Notes: generated by a model not told the origin, from the sequence alone. Counted from the stretch's first letter, positions 10,089 to 20,071 are shown. The stretch: 64,000 nt of DNA from Planctomycetota bacterium (GCA_965222115.1 CBDCTJ010000003.1:256001-320000), one strand, 5' to 3'. Program-made: numbers and translations.

Positions 10089-11987
10089 CTAGTCGTCCTC
10101 AGGCTGTGATTCGATGCCGAGAGTCTTGGCGACCAGTCGCTGATGGCGAGGAATCCAAACGGCCTCTTCCCACGACGCGCCCGCCCCGGCAACCACATTC
10201 ATGATCGATGTAGGGTGTTCGGTGTCGTGGCCGCAGCCACAAAGGTGTCCATATTCGTGAGCCAATGTAAGACCTACAGCACTCGCAAACCCGTCGATCA
10301 AGCAACGAATTTTGTCGGCCCGCGCATTCTTGCCGCGATGTTCGCCCCAGCGATACGTGCCGTTTATTAGTTCGAGATCCGACTTGCTTAGCGGTGGCTT
10401 TAACGCGCGCGAGATGTACATCGTTCGTTTTAAGAACGTGCTGTAGACCGATACCCAGGTTCCAAAGGCCTGGCCACCTGCGTTTTCGTGATCGCCGGCG
10501 ATGATGGCAAGCCAGATCTTGGACTGCGGTGTGTCTTTGGGTGGCTGCGTTGCGGTAAGTGAAATTCCCCAGGACCAGCCGGGTATGGGTGTGCCATCGG
10601 GCTCACGGCGAAAGAGCTGATGCGCAATCCGAATGGCGCGAGCAAGAACCTCCTTGCGAACAAACGCGTCGATGTCCTTGTGCTTGCCGTTCGTTGACAA
10701 ACCAAGTTCAAAGAGATCCTTTTCAATGGTTCGCTTTTCACCTTCGCCGTAGGTGAGATAGCCAATCTTACCTCGTTCGCGAACAGGGGGTATGGGCGGC
10801 ACGCCAAAGCCTAAGGGTGGTCCGCATCCCTTGACCAATCGAAACTCCTCGGGCCAGGGTTCCACGCGCCCACGATGCACGCGCCACAACATGAGTGGTG
10901 GATGTTCCAACGACCCGTGATGGGCGAAACCGACGCGCCCCAGCACCGATGGTTTCTTGGCAAAGCCCGCGACGCCTTCCAATACGTGTTTGATGCGACC
11001 CTTCCTTGTATTCGCATACGCGGAAAGAAATCGACGGGTCGCTTCAAAGGCACGAATCGCGGCGTCGTCGAGGGGAATCTCTCGCCGGTCCATAGCATCA
11101 ATAAGCGCTTCGCCGACCCGTCCAGATAACTCTGGATCGATACCGCCAACGATCGCGGCGTTTGACAGTGCTTCTGGCGCTACGGCCAACAGACTCTCAT
11201 CGCGCGCGGGCGCGGCGAGCAACAGCTTGGGTCGCCATTCACTCGCTTCCAAGACTTGCAAAAAGTTGCGCAGCGGTTCGCTCGACAGTGATACGTACAG
11301 CCACTCGGCCTCCATGGCTCGGAGGGGCGCCAGTCGTTCCTCTGCGGTGGCCTCATCGCTCGTCGCGGCCCACGTGCTGATACCGCCGCGGCGAATCCAC
11401 CCACTGACACTTCGCATAAACGCGCTTGCGGTCCTGCGCCCCCACGTCGTCTCTTCGTGAACCACGCCCACACTTCGCGCAGCCAAGGGTGCGAGCAACG
11501 CATCGGCGGCCCATACCGCTTGCCACACTTCCGTGGGCGCCACGTGAAGCACGCGTCCAGGATTTCGCTCCGAGTCGGGGGATGCACCCGATAGTCCAAA
11601 CCACGGCACTTTGAGACTTCGGGCAGCTTTCCAGATCGCTTCATGCCGATCGCGGTCCGCGAAATAGAAAACGGCCTTGGGCTTCGCAGCCTTTGTTGCG
11701 CGCAAGGCAGACTTCAAAGCGTCTCGCGTGGTGCCCGTCTCGAGCACGCGAACTTGGGCACCTGCCGACAGCAGCCCTTCGCTGGGAGCCTTGCCGATCG
11801 CGATCTGCATGGCCGCGGAAACAGAACGAGCGGGAAACTGATCCTTGGCTGGCACGAGCAACGCAAGCGTGATTTTGCCCCCAGACCCTGCTGCGGCACG
11901 CCTCTGTGAAGAAACGGTGACAATTGGCGCTACGCAGAGCAGCGCCGCGAAAATGGGAAAGAGTGGGCCTCGCAAGTACCGCAGCAT
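10089..11987 (-). CDS. Periplasmic-binding-protein (type I) fold fused to a metzincin-like Zn protease
   Basis: N-terminal signal; LivK-like segments (VGVVHEETTWGR, GRVGF..HG); C-terminal HEYGHLCGCGH followed by a Met-turn-like SIMN. Confidence 0.65.
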   Translation of the reverse strand: MLRYLRGPLFPIFAALLCVAPIVTVSSQRRAAAGSGGKITLALLVPAKDQFPARSVSAAMQIAIGKAPSEGLLSAGAQVRVLETGTTRDALKSALRATKAAKPKAVFYFADRDRHEAIWKAARSLKVPWFGLSGASPDSERNPGRVLHVAPTEVWQAVWAADALLAPLAARSVGVVHEETTWGRRTASAFMRSVSGWIRRGGISTWAATSDEATAEERLAPLRAMEAEWLYVSLSSEPLRNFLQVLEASEWRPKLLLAAPARDESLLAVAPEALSNAAIVGGIDPELSGRVGEALIDAMDRREIPLDDAAIRAFEATRRFLSAYANTRKGRIKHVLEGVAGFAKKPSVLGRVGFAHHGSLEHPPLMLWRVHRGRVEPWPEEFRLVKGCGPPLGFGVPPIPPVRERGKIGYLTYGEGEKRTIEKDLFELGLSTNGKHKDIDAFVRKEVLARAIRIAHQLFRREPDGTPIPGWSWGISLTATQPPKDTPQSKIWLAIIAGDHENAGGQAFGTWVSVYSTFLKRTMYISRALKPPLSKSDLELINGTYRWGEHRGKNARADKIRCLIDGFASAVGLTLAHEYGHLCGCGHDTEHPTSIMNVVAGAGASWEEAVWIPRHQRLVAKTLGIESQPEDD

Positions 11988-12237
11988 GCGAACAACAGAC
12001 CATCCGGACGGGCGACGTCAAGCGCAGGCCGCTACCTCTGGGCCCCTGATCCGCCCTGAAACCGCGTTTCCCGCCTCATGGTGGTGTTACCAAAGGACCC
12101 TCGAGAATCACGCTGAATTGGACAAGATCCCGCTGGATTCATCGTTGTGTGTGCATAATTCGTGGTCAACACCAATGAAGTCCATGCCGACTTCTGAAAT
12201 TCAGGCGCATCAAGGCGATGCGCAGGGTGGAGGATTT

Positions 12238-13065
12238 ATGATTCGCAACCTTCCATGCGCGACCGGCCTGCTGGCTGTCTTGGTCCTTGGGATCGCGACA
12301 GCGGGTACTGCGTCGGCCGAAGAAAACGACTGCCATCGCCTTGCGATGGAGGTGGTGTGCAACGTGACGCCTGCCAAGGTCATCCTTGTAGGCGATCCAT
12401 TTGACGTCCGCGCCACCGTGACCAACACTGGCGATTTGGCGCTGGCCAATGTGACGTTTGCGCTTGCGGGAACCCCGGGCGTGACGTACGTGGGCGGCGA
12501 TGAACTCAAGCAAAAGATCGAGAAGCTCCCCCCAGGGGAAAGCCGCACGATTACTTGCAAATTCGTCTGTGACGCCGTGGGTTCACGGCGCGTAAACGCC
12601 TCGGCGCGTGAAGAACGCGGCTGGGCGGCATCCGGCTGCATCTGTCAGGTGCTCGTTAAGGGTCTTCCGGCGTTGCAGATGGAAATGATCGACCTCGATC
12701 TTTCCCGCCAGGCCGAAGGCATCTTCAAGAAGGGTGACGAGTTCATCTACATCTTGAAGGTCGAGAACGACGTGGGCACGGCACTGACCGAAGACCTAAA
12801 GATCATGTGGCAACTTCCACCGGAGTTGGAGTTTGTCTCCGGCACGGCGGACGGCGGCTCCACGGTCACGGGCACTGCGCAAACCGCGGAGTCATCGGTG
12901 TTCGCGCTCGATGTAAACAAGGCTCAAAACTTTGAGCTGGTAGTGCGCGTAATTGGCGTGCCGCCCGACAACCTCGTGCAGACGCGCGCTGCGGTGGTTT
13001 CTTCCAACAGCGGGAAAGAACTCGCCACGGAAACCGAAAGCACCACGCTCCAAGAAGCCAACTAG
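12238..13065 (+). CDS. Secreted DUF11/CARDB-like Ig-domain protein (OmcB-like)
   Basis: GGAGG RBS, signal peptide, VTNTGD..L.NV and Y..KVEN.G...LP.ELEFVS motifs, several Cys. Confidence 0.7.
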   Translation: MIRNLPCATGLLAVLVLGIATAGTASAEENDCHRLAMEVVCNVTPAKVILVGDPFDVRATVTNTGDLALANVTFALAGTPGVTYVGGDELKQKIEKLPPGESRTITCKFVCDAVGSRRVNASAREERGWAASGCICQVLVKGLPALQMEMIDLDLSRQAEGIFKKGDEFIYILKVENDVGTALTEDLKIMWQLPPELEFVSGTADGGSTVTGTAQTAESSVFALDVNKAQNFELVVRVIGVPPDNLVQTRAAVVSSNSGKELATETESTTLQEAN

Positions 13066-13172
13066 CCGCCTCAATCCTCGAGTCCTCTACGGCGCGAGCG
13101 TCGAGCAACAGCAACCCTACGCGGGCACAAGTCGATGGCGGCTTGTGCCCGTTTTCATTGGTTCGCGCGCGA

Positions 13173-14426
13173 CTACCCCTCCATGTCGTCTTCGCTGTAG
13201 CCGTACTTCACGTCTCGGAACTTGCGACGCAACAGTGTCACGGCGGGGCGAACGTCACGATCGCCACGCACCGCTTCGTGCATGAGCTCGGCGATATGCG
13301 CCATCTCTTCCGGTCCCATACCGAACCGTGTCATTTCCTGCACGCCCAACCGTATGCCCTTGGGGTTCATGGCATTCTTCATGGGCTCGCCCGGCAGCAG
13401 ATTCATATTGCAGACAATCTCCTGCTGGCACAGTTTCTTGCTCACTTCACGTCCACCGCCATAGGCCGACACGTCTACGGCCACCTGGTGACTCTTTGAG
13501 AAGCCATGCGCTTCGAGAGCCACCGGAAGTCCGTGTTTGTGCAACGCGGCGCCCAATGCGGCAGAGTTGGCAAGAATCGCTTCGGCATAGCCGGTACCAA
13601 ACGCTTCCATCTCCATTGCGGAGACGAGCAGGGCGGGCAGCGTAAACAAATGGTGGTTGGAGGAACTCCCGGGAAACACACCCTTGTCAAGCGTCTTGCA
13701 GAGTTTCTCATCGTCGCCGCGCGCCAAGACGGTGCCGCGTTGCGGCCCGAAGAAGGTCTTGTGCGTGGAACCGGTAAGCACGTGTGCGCCTTCCCCAAGC
13801 GGGTCTTGGAAGCGGCCGGCGGCGATGAGTCCGAGTACATGGGCACCGTCGTACAAGACCTTGACGCCCTGCTCTTCGCAAACGTCGCGTAGTTCTGCGA
13901 CCGGCTCGGGAAGTAGAAACAGGCTGCGTCCAAAGACGACGAGCGCGGGCTTCTCCTTGGCAATCAGGTCGCGCGATGCCGCTACGTCAATCGTGTAGCC
14001 ATCCTCGGCCATGGGCCACGCGAGAATGTTCCTTGTTCGTTTTCCAAGACTCCCGATGCGTGCGTGAGATATGTGACCGCCCGTGGCGATCGTATGCGCA
14101 ATGGCCGTGGCTCCCTGCGGAACGAGTCGCGAAAATACGGCCTCGTTGGCAACCGTACCGCTGATGGGTCGCACATCGGCCCAGGTGGTACGAAAGAGCT
14201 TGCACATGTGCTCCATGGCGAGCGTTTCGATCTCATCGACGAACTGTGTGCCCTCGTAGTAGCGCTGTCCCGGGTGACCTTCGGCGTAACGATGCATGAG
14301 GTCGCTGTTGATGACACTGCGTGCGGCGGGCGACAGCACATTTTCTGAAGCAATAAGATTGACGGTGCGAGCACGCCAATGGTCGTTGGCTTCGATGGTT
14401 GAACGAACGCGTGCAAGAGGATTCAT
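13173..14426 (-). CDS. glyA: Serine hydroxymethyltransferase (archaeal-type signature)
   Basis: NLIASEN, RYAEG.PG.RYYEG, GGHISH, DGAH, STHKT (PLP lysine), GIRLG. Confidence 0.93.
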   Translation of the reverse strand: MNPLARVRSTIEANDHWRARTVNLIASENVLSPAARSVINSDLMHRYAEGHPGQRYYEGTQFVDEIETLAMEHMCKLFRTTWADVRPISGTVANEAVFSRLVPQGATAIAHTIATGGHISHARIGSLGKRTRNILAWPMAEDGYTIDVAASRDLIAKEKPALVVFGRSLFLLPEPVAELRDVCEEQGVKVLYDGAHVLGLIAAGRFQDPLGEGAHVLTGSTHKTFFGPQRGTVLARGDDEKLCKTLDKGVFPGSSSNHHLFTLPALLVSAMEMEAFGTGYAEAILANSAALGAALHKHGLPVALEAHGFSKSHQVAVDVSAYGGGREVSKKLCQQEIVCNMNLLPGEPMKNAMNPKGIRLGVQEMTRFGMGPEEMAHIAELMHEAVRGDRDVRPAVTLLRRKFRDVKYGYSEDDMEG

Positions 14427-14464
14427 GCCGGGCTCCAAAGGGGGCCGGATGGTATCCGATTCTC

Positions 14465-14498
14465 TTAGCCCGGACTATTCATGAACGGCCCGGAGTAC
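14465..14498. repeat. Degenerate short copy of the CTAGCCCGGA-TATTCATGAA element
   Basis: TAGCCCGGACTATTCATGAA matches the left arm of the 48383 copy; the right arm is eroded. Confidence 0.7.
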
Positions 14499-14545
14499 GA
14501 GCGCCGAACACAGGTGGGGCGACTCGCAACCATGAGTCGAACTGA

Positions 14546-16582
14546 CTAACGCGCTGGAACGAGTTGGCGAGCAGCGGGATCGTTCTTGAGCGCCACCCGC
14601 AACATATCGAATAACGTCTTCTCGGCGCCAAGCGCCCGGTACGCAGCAACGATAGCTCTCACGAGTTTTTCGCGTGGCACGCGAGGGTCTTCGGCATGTT
14701 CGGGACGGGATGTGATGGGGCGGCGATCACGCAGAATCGCGATCACGATCTGCTCTTCGATCGTCCCCGCTACATCCGGGCGCTTGCCAAGCTTGCCTAT
14801 GGCCGCCACGATAGACGTTGCCATTTCGCAAGCGATACGAAACTCGTGAAACGGTACGCGCTTTCCCTTCACGCCGCGGTAGCGCGTTGAAACATCGCCA
14901 AGGGCCCACACCAAATCGCGTGACGAATCGGGATGCGCAATCGCCGCCAATGCATCGGCGGCCGTTCGCACGAGGCGCGGATCTTTGGACCCGCGCACCA
15001 TGGCAGTGAGTGGATCGAGGGCGTCCTTGTCACTCCACTGCCCGAGTAGCCACGCGCCCCAGAGACGCGCATACACCGGTGCCGCTTCATCGGCTACCAA
15101 GGCGCGCACTTTGGCACCACAAGCAGCCTTACTTTTCCCACCGCGCAAATAGTCTGCGGCAGGCTCGGACTCTGTGGTCCCCTTGATGAGCGTGTCCAAC
15201 CACGCTTTATGCCCGGCGTCGGATGGAACCGACGCGCCCCACGCACCCTCGGGCGGACCCAAGGCGAGCAACTCAGCTTGAGACGGTGTCCGTTCAAATG
15301 AACTTGCGGGCCAGGCAGACTTTGCGCGCGGCCTGCGTTTGGGCATAACGTAGCGCCGCCAATCGTTCAACGCAACCGGCGGGAGACCGTGTGCCTCCTT
15401 CGGCAACTCGCAATACACAAAATCAGCCGAGGTCTTGGCCAATCGCTCGGCGGCCTTACGAACGGGCGCAACGTCAAAGACCGTGTCGGCTTCACCGTGG
15501 TATAGCCAAATGGCGGTTCTTTTCGATGTGAGGCCCTTCAGACCCCTGGGTTGATCACCGGCCGCAATGCCAATCGACGCATAGTCCTGGCCGCGGCGCG
15601 AAGCGATAAAACGCACGCCATCGGCCCCGCCCCCCACGCCAAGTAAGTGAATGCGATTCAGATCAACATTCCAACGCGCGCAAACTTCTTCGATCACGTT
15701 CGTAACCCAAGCGTCGTTTGCAGTGGTTCCCCATGGCGCTTCCAACGCGTGGGGCGCCACCAAATACCAACCCTCCGCCGCGGCAACGTCTTGTAGGAGG
15801 ACCATCATTTCCGCGCCGGACCCTTGGGGCGGCAATTTTGGATCTTGGTGTGCGATCCCTCCACCGTGAAGCGCAACAACGAGCGGGCGTGGTGTGAACA
15901 CATCCACATTCTCGGGCGCGAAAAAGCTGTAACGCGCCTGGGCGTATTCATCGGCGCGCAGAGAGGGCGTCTGCTCATCGTGGCGACCTCGAGGCCGCAT
16001 CACGGCACGCGCTACGCGCTCGGACCATGCGTCTGAAAAACCCGTGGCGCCAGTGCGTCGAAGGCTCGCGATTCTCCGTTTTCGAATGGCACCCAACGAT
16101 TCACGCGCAATTTGTCGTAGCGTTCTCAGGTGTCCAGGCTGCAAGGCAATGTGCTTTGAACGAACGGTCGCTGCCTTCTTCGCACCACCGATGGCCTTGA
16201 GTGCTTCGGCGTGCTTGGGATCGATGCGTAGGATCTCGGCGGCAAGTCGCTCGATCTCGGGGCGGAGTCTTGCCACCTGAGCTGTGCGCATGAGGTCGAC
16301 GCGTCGGTCAATGTCGCGAGGGCCCAATTCAGCCAGTGCGCGATAGGTGCCGTCTTGGGGAGGATGAGGCGACACGTCCATAACGTCGAGGGTGCGCATG
16401 CGTCGCACACCCAAGGTCATCTCAGGAAGGGAACATCCGAAAGTGTTGACGCGACTTTCGCGCTCGCCACGAAATAGGTATCCACGAACCTTTTTGCCGC
16501 CTCGCAGTGTGATTTCGTCGGCGTGTACCGTTAGCGCTGACACGAGCAGAAGACTTAACGTGAGGAAACAACGACGAGTCAC
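14546..16582 (-). CDS. Secreted alpha/beta-hydrolase-fold protein with C-terminal HEAT repeats
   Basis: PLVVALHGGG, VDLNRIHLLG, HGEAD, AHG, then HEAT-like helices. Start re-assigned to the GTG at 16582. Confidence 0.7.
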   Translation of the reverse strand: MTRRCFLTLSLLLVSALTVHADEITLRGGKKVRGYLFRGERESRVNTFGCSLPEMTLGVRRMRTLDVMDVSPHPPQDGTYRALAELGPRDIDRRVDLMRTAQVARLRPEIERLAAEILRIDPKHAEALKAIGGAKKAATVRSKHIALQPGHLRTLRQIARESLGAIRKRRIASLRRTGATGFSDAWSERVARAVMRPRGRHDEQTPSLRADEYAQARYSFFAPENVDVFTPRPLVVALHGGGIAHQDPKLPPQGSGAEMMVLLQDVAAAEGWYLVAPHALEAPWGTTANDAWVTNVIEEVCARWNVDLNRIHLLGVGGGADGVRFIASRRGQDYASIGIAAGDQPRGLKGLTSKRTAIWLYHGEADTVFDVAPVRKAAERLAKTSADFVYCELPKEAHGLPPVALNDWRRYVMPKRRPRAKSAWPASSFERTPSQAELLALGPPEGAWGASVPSDAGHKAWLDTLIKGTTESEPAADYLRGGKSKAACGAKVRALVADEAAPVYARLWGAWLLGQWSDKDALDPLTAMVRGSKDPRLVRTAADALAAIAHPDSSRDLVWALGDVSTRYRGVKGKRVPFHEFRIACEMATSIVAAIGKLGKRPDVAGTIEEQIVIAILRDRRPITSRPEHAEDPRVPREKLVRAIVAAYRALGAEKTLFDMLRVALKNDPAARQLVPAR

Positions 16583-16586
16583 GAGG

Positions 16587-17486
16587 CTAAGCGGTGGCCT
16601 CCGTTTCACTGGCGAGCGGTAGGGGCTCATGCGGGCCTGGACCGGGATTGGGACGCTTACACATGAACCAAACGATAAGCCCCGCGAGCATCATGCCGAG
16701 GCATAGCCCCTGCCCCTGTGTGCAAAATCCAAGGAAGTAGTGGGGACCCAGCTTGGCGTCCGGCTCGCGCGCGTACTCGATGAAGAAGCGAAACAAGCCG
16801 TAGAGCATCAGGAAGAGCGCCGCGATGCGACCGGCGCCTATGCCCACCTTCAACATGAGGTAGCGCAAAAGGAAATACATCAAGATGCCTTCGAAGAACA
16901 TTTCGTAGAGCTGGCTGGGGTGTCGCAAATCGGCGAGCATGGGCCTACCCATTTTTTCCCAGTTGTCGGGATTGGTCCCGTAATTGGGGAACCGCATGCC
17001 GACCCACGAATCGGTGACGCGGCCCCACAACTCGGCGTTGATAAAGTTGGCAAAGCGCACACTCGCAATGCCAAGCGGGGTTGCGAGCGTAAGACCGTCG
17101 AAGAGGTCACCCAACTTGGCCTTGGTACGCCAGCAGTAGATGACATAGGCAAGGATGACGCCGAGCAGGCCACCGTGAAACGACATGCCGCCATCTGTGA
17201 CGCGCCAGATCTTGCTCCACGCAAAATCCCCTTCCGGAATCATGTAGAACAGGATGTACCCGACGCGTCCGCCGAAAAAGACGCCCAAGATGCCCCAAAA
17301 CAAGACGTCGGCCACGCGGTCTGCGGGCACCGGCCAGCGGCCACGACGCGCCAACATACGCAACACGAGGAAAGCAAGCAGGAATGCGACAATGTAGGAG
17401 ATCCCGTACCACCGCACCGGATGACCGAAAACGGTGAATGCCACCGGATCAATGCGCGGATAGGGAATCTCAGCGAGTGGAAGCAA
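16587..17486 (-). CDS. lgt: Prolipoprotein diacylglyceryl transferase
   Basis: VRWYG, GGRVGY, GGMSFHGG, R.ANFINAELWGR, HPSQLYE, RFFIEY.REPD. Confidence 0.96.
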   Translation of the reverse strand: MLPLAEIPYPRIDPVAFTVFGHPVRWYGISYIVAFLLAFLVLRMLARRGRWPVPADRVADVLFWGILGVFFGGRVGYILFYMIPEGDFAWSKIWRVTDGGMSFHGGLLGVILAYVIYCWRTKAKLGDLFDGLTLATPLGIASVRFANFINAELWGRVTDSWVGMRFPNYGTNPDNWEKMGRPMLADLRHPSQLYEMFFEGILMYFLLRYLMLKVGIGAGRIAALFLMLYGLFRFFIEYAREPDAKLGPHYFLGFCTQGQGLCLGMMLAGLIVWFMCKRPNPGPGPHEPLPLASETEATA

Positions 17487-17667
17487 CGGGGACTCCTCGG
17501 CGCCTAGGTCGGCGCGGAGCCGATTGTATGGCGCTACCCGGCCAGACGAATGGCGATGGCGAGAGATTCAATCGTGGCCTTCGCGCATTCAGCGCCTCGT
17601 TCGCGCATTTCACTGGGCATCCTACAATCCAGCATTGGGCCATCGACGCCTGCTCGGAGATGCAACC

Positions 17668-18519
17668 GTGGCAACGAAAATTTCGATACTCTCACTTGTC
17701 GTCGGGCTAAGCGGACTTGCGCTGGCGACGTATGTAATGGCCACCCGACCCGCGCCGCACGAAATCATCGAATCCGATGCTTCCTCGTTAGGAGAACAAG
17801 TCGCACTGCTTGAAGAGCGCATGCGAGACCTGGAGCGCGGATCGACAGATGCCCCCATGTTGATGCCTTCGACACACACAAGGGACGACGAGCCCATAGC
17901 GCGCAGGAACGAACCGACTTCACGATCCGACGTAGAAGGCGAAAGCGCATCGATAGGTGCCAAACACGACGATGATGCGGCCACGTCGGCAACCGTGCAG
18001 ACGCTCGTCGATCAAGCGGTGGCGAAGCAAGTGGCAGAGATTCGCTATAAGCAACGCAACAAGAAGCCGCCGTTGGAAAAGCTCGCGGCCATCTTGGGGC
18101 TCAATGAGCGGCAGATCGAGGAGACCGAACGCGAAGTGGTGCGCGGCCAGCGAGAGATCGTGGATGTACTCAACGTCGTCGCCGACGACGGGTACAACTA
18201 CTACGATCTCGTGGTCGAAATCTCCGCAGCGGGCATCGCCAAAGTCAAGCCTCCTATGGGGTGGGGCGAGTGGGTCAAACGCGTCAAGTCGGTCAACGCC
18301 CCGGGTACGGATGAGAGCTTCGCGACCCGGGTTGAATCCGTGAAACGCAGCATGCGCGAACGCTTTCGAAGCGTGTGGTCGGAAGATCAATACGCCGAAT
18401 ACGAGTCGTGGGGTGTCGATCCGTTCCAGATCACCCACATCGAGGGCAGCCCGGGCGACGCGCTGCGGGAGCGCATCAAGGAACGCGCGGACGAGCTAGC
18501 AGCCGACGCAGATCGCTAG
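17668..18519 (+). CDS. Hypothetical membrane-anchored helical protein
   Basis: GGAG RBS before the GTG at 17668; N-terminal TM helix then coiled coil; its TAG stop is part of the repeat element's CTAG. Confidence 0.65.
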   Translation: MATKISILSLVVGLSGLALATYVMATRPAPHEIIESDASSLGEQVALLEERMRDLERGSTDAPMLMPSTHTRDDEPIARRNEPTSRSDVEGESASIGAKHDDDAATSATVQTLVDQAVAKQVAEIRYKQRNKKPPLEKLAAILGLNERQIEETEREVVRGQREIVDVLNVVADDGYNYYDLVVEISAAGIAKVKPPMGWGEWVKRVKSVNAPGTDESFATRVESVKRSMRERFRSVWSEDQYAEYESWGVDPFQITHIEGSPGDALRERIKERADELAADADR

Positions 18520-18766
18520 CCCGGAGTATTCATGAAGCGCGCGTCGATGAGTTACCAATCGTGCAACAAGATGCCGTTCGCCTCCAAAATTTAATTGAGT
18601 CAGGCACTTACAATGTGTTCTCGCGAAGGATTCGTGGTCAAGATCGAAGCGGTGGTTCTGAGGCGATGCCAAAAGCATCGTCGAACGGTTCTCCGCAAAG
18701 AGATTTGGACTCGAAGACCAGCGAAAACCGCGCGATTTACGTCAGTTCATGAACACTCCGGGTTAA
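18516..18766. mobile_element. MITE-like element, about 250 bp, with terminal inverted repeats
   Basis: Left end CTAGCCCGGAGTATTCATGAA and right end TTCATGAACACTCCGGGTTAA; interior appears non-coding; the same ends recur at 14465, 27514 and 48383. Confidence 0.75.
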
Positions 18767-19959
18767 ACTCGAAGTTTGGCGTAGCGCCTTCGGCCAACGC
18801 GCAATACTTCGCCGCCTTTGAGCGCGAGTTGTGCCTGCCAGTCATCGATGCGGACTTCGTCGAGGTAGACGCCGCCGCCTTGGATGGCGCGGCGTGCGTC
18901 ACTGGTGCTCTTGGCGAACCCGCACGCCTTTAGTACGGCAACAATCCACCATGTGCCCGCGTCACCGGGAGCGCCCGCATCGACTTCGGGTATGTCCGTG
19001 GGCGCGCGCTTTTGACTAAAAACGCGCGTAAACTCTTCGCGTTCGGCGTTGCCTCGATCGTCGCCCCAGTAGCGTGCAACGAGTGCGGCGGCCATGGCCT
19101 TCTTGGCGTCCATGGGATTGCCCGCAAGCAGTGTTTCGATGTCGTTGTCCGTAAGATCCGTAGCCAATCGCATGTACTTGGGCATCAGCTCGTCACTCAC
19201 GCGCATGGCTTTACCAAACATGTCCTTGGGCGCTTCCTTGAGGCCAATGTCGTTCCCAAGGCTCTTGCTCATTTTCGCTTGACCGTCGGTGCCCTCAAGC
19301 AGCGGATTAATGAGCGACACCTGCGGGTCAAGACCTTCTTGCTCCATCAGGCGGCGACCCACGGTGAGATTGAATGTTTGGTCGGTTCCGCCAAGCTCAA
19401 CATCGGCCTTCACCTCGACGGAATCCCAACCCTGCATCAAGCAGTAGATAAACTCGCGCACGGAAATAGGTGTGTTGCTCTTCCATCGCTTCGCAAAGCT
19501 ATCGCGCTCCATCATCTGTTGCACGGTCATGCGATTGGTGAGATCCAAGATCTGATGGAAGTTCATTCTGGAGAACCACTCGCTGTTGCGCCGTACCTCC
19601 ACCTTGTCCATGTCGAGAATGCAGCCGATTTGGTCAAGCCAGGTGGCGAGGTTCTCTTCGATCTGCTCGGACGTGAGCATGGGGCGCGTCTTGTCCTTGC
19701 CCGATGGATCCCCCACCAACGCGGTAAAGTCACCAAGAATGAGCACCGCCTGATGCCCGATGTCCTGGAGCTTGCGCAGGTTCCAAAGCCCAATCCCGTT
19801 GCCGATGTGAACCGTCGTAGACGTGATATCGAGTCCGAGCTTGCATCGCAACGGCCTGCCGGACTCAAGCTTCTTCAAAAGCTCGTGTTCCGGAATCACG
19901 CTTTCGGTCGTGCGCGCGAGGGGCGCTAGGCGCTCAGCCAGCTCTGTGTTGGTGATCAC
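18763..19959 (-). CDS. tyrS: Tyrosine--tRNA ligase
   Basis: HIGN (HIGH-like), GDPSGK, ELGGTDQ, KMSKS and a C-terminal S4 domain. Confidence 0.96.
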   Translation of the reverse strand: MITNTELAERLAPLARTTESVIPEHELLKKLESGRPLRCKLGLDITSTTVHIGNGIGLWNLRKLQDIGHQAVLILGDFTALVGDPSGKDKTRPMLTSEQIEENLATWLDQIGCILDMDKVEVRRNSEWFSRMNFHQILDLTNRMTVQQMMERDSFAKRWKSNTPISVREFIYCLMQGWDSVEVKADVELGGTDQTFNLTVGRRLMEQEGLDPQVSLINPLLEGTDGQAKMSKSLGNDIGLKEAPKDMFGKAMRVSDELMPKYMRLATDLTDNDIETLLAGNPMDAKKAMAAALVARYWGDDRGNAEREEFTRVFSQKRAPTDIPEVDAGAPGDAGTWWIVAVLKACGFAKSTSDARRAIQGGGVYLDEVRIDDWQAQLALKGGEVLRVGRRRYAKLRV

Positions 19960-20000
19960 GCTCGAATCCCTCGGCCAGCCGTGCGTCGACTACTCACGAC

Positions 20001-20071
20001 GCGCCAAAAATACCTGGTTTCTGTGGCGCACCAACCGGCGTGCGCCACAAAAGCCAGGCTTTTGTGGCGCA
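20001..20071. repeat. REP-like palindrome doublet
   Basis: Perfect TGCGCCACAAAAGCC-A-GGCTTTTGTGGCGCA at 20041-20071 plus an inverted imperfect copy at 20001-20030. Confidence 0.75.
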
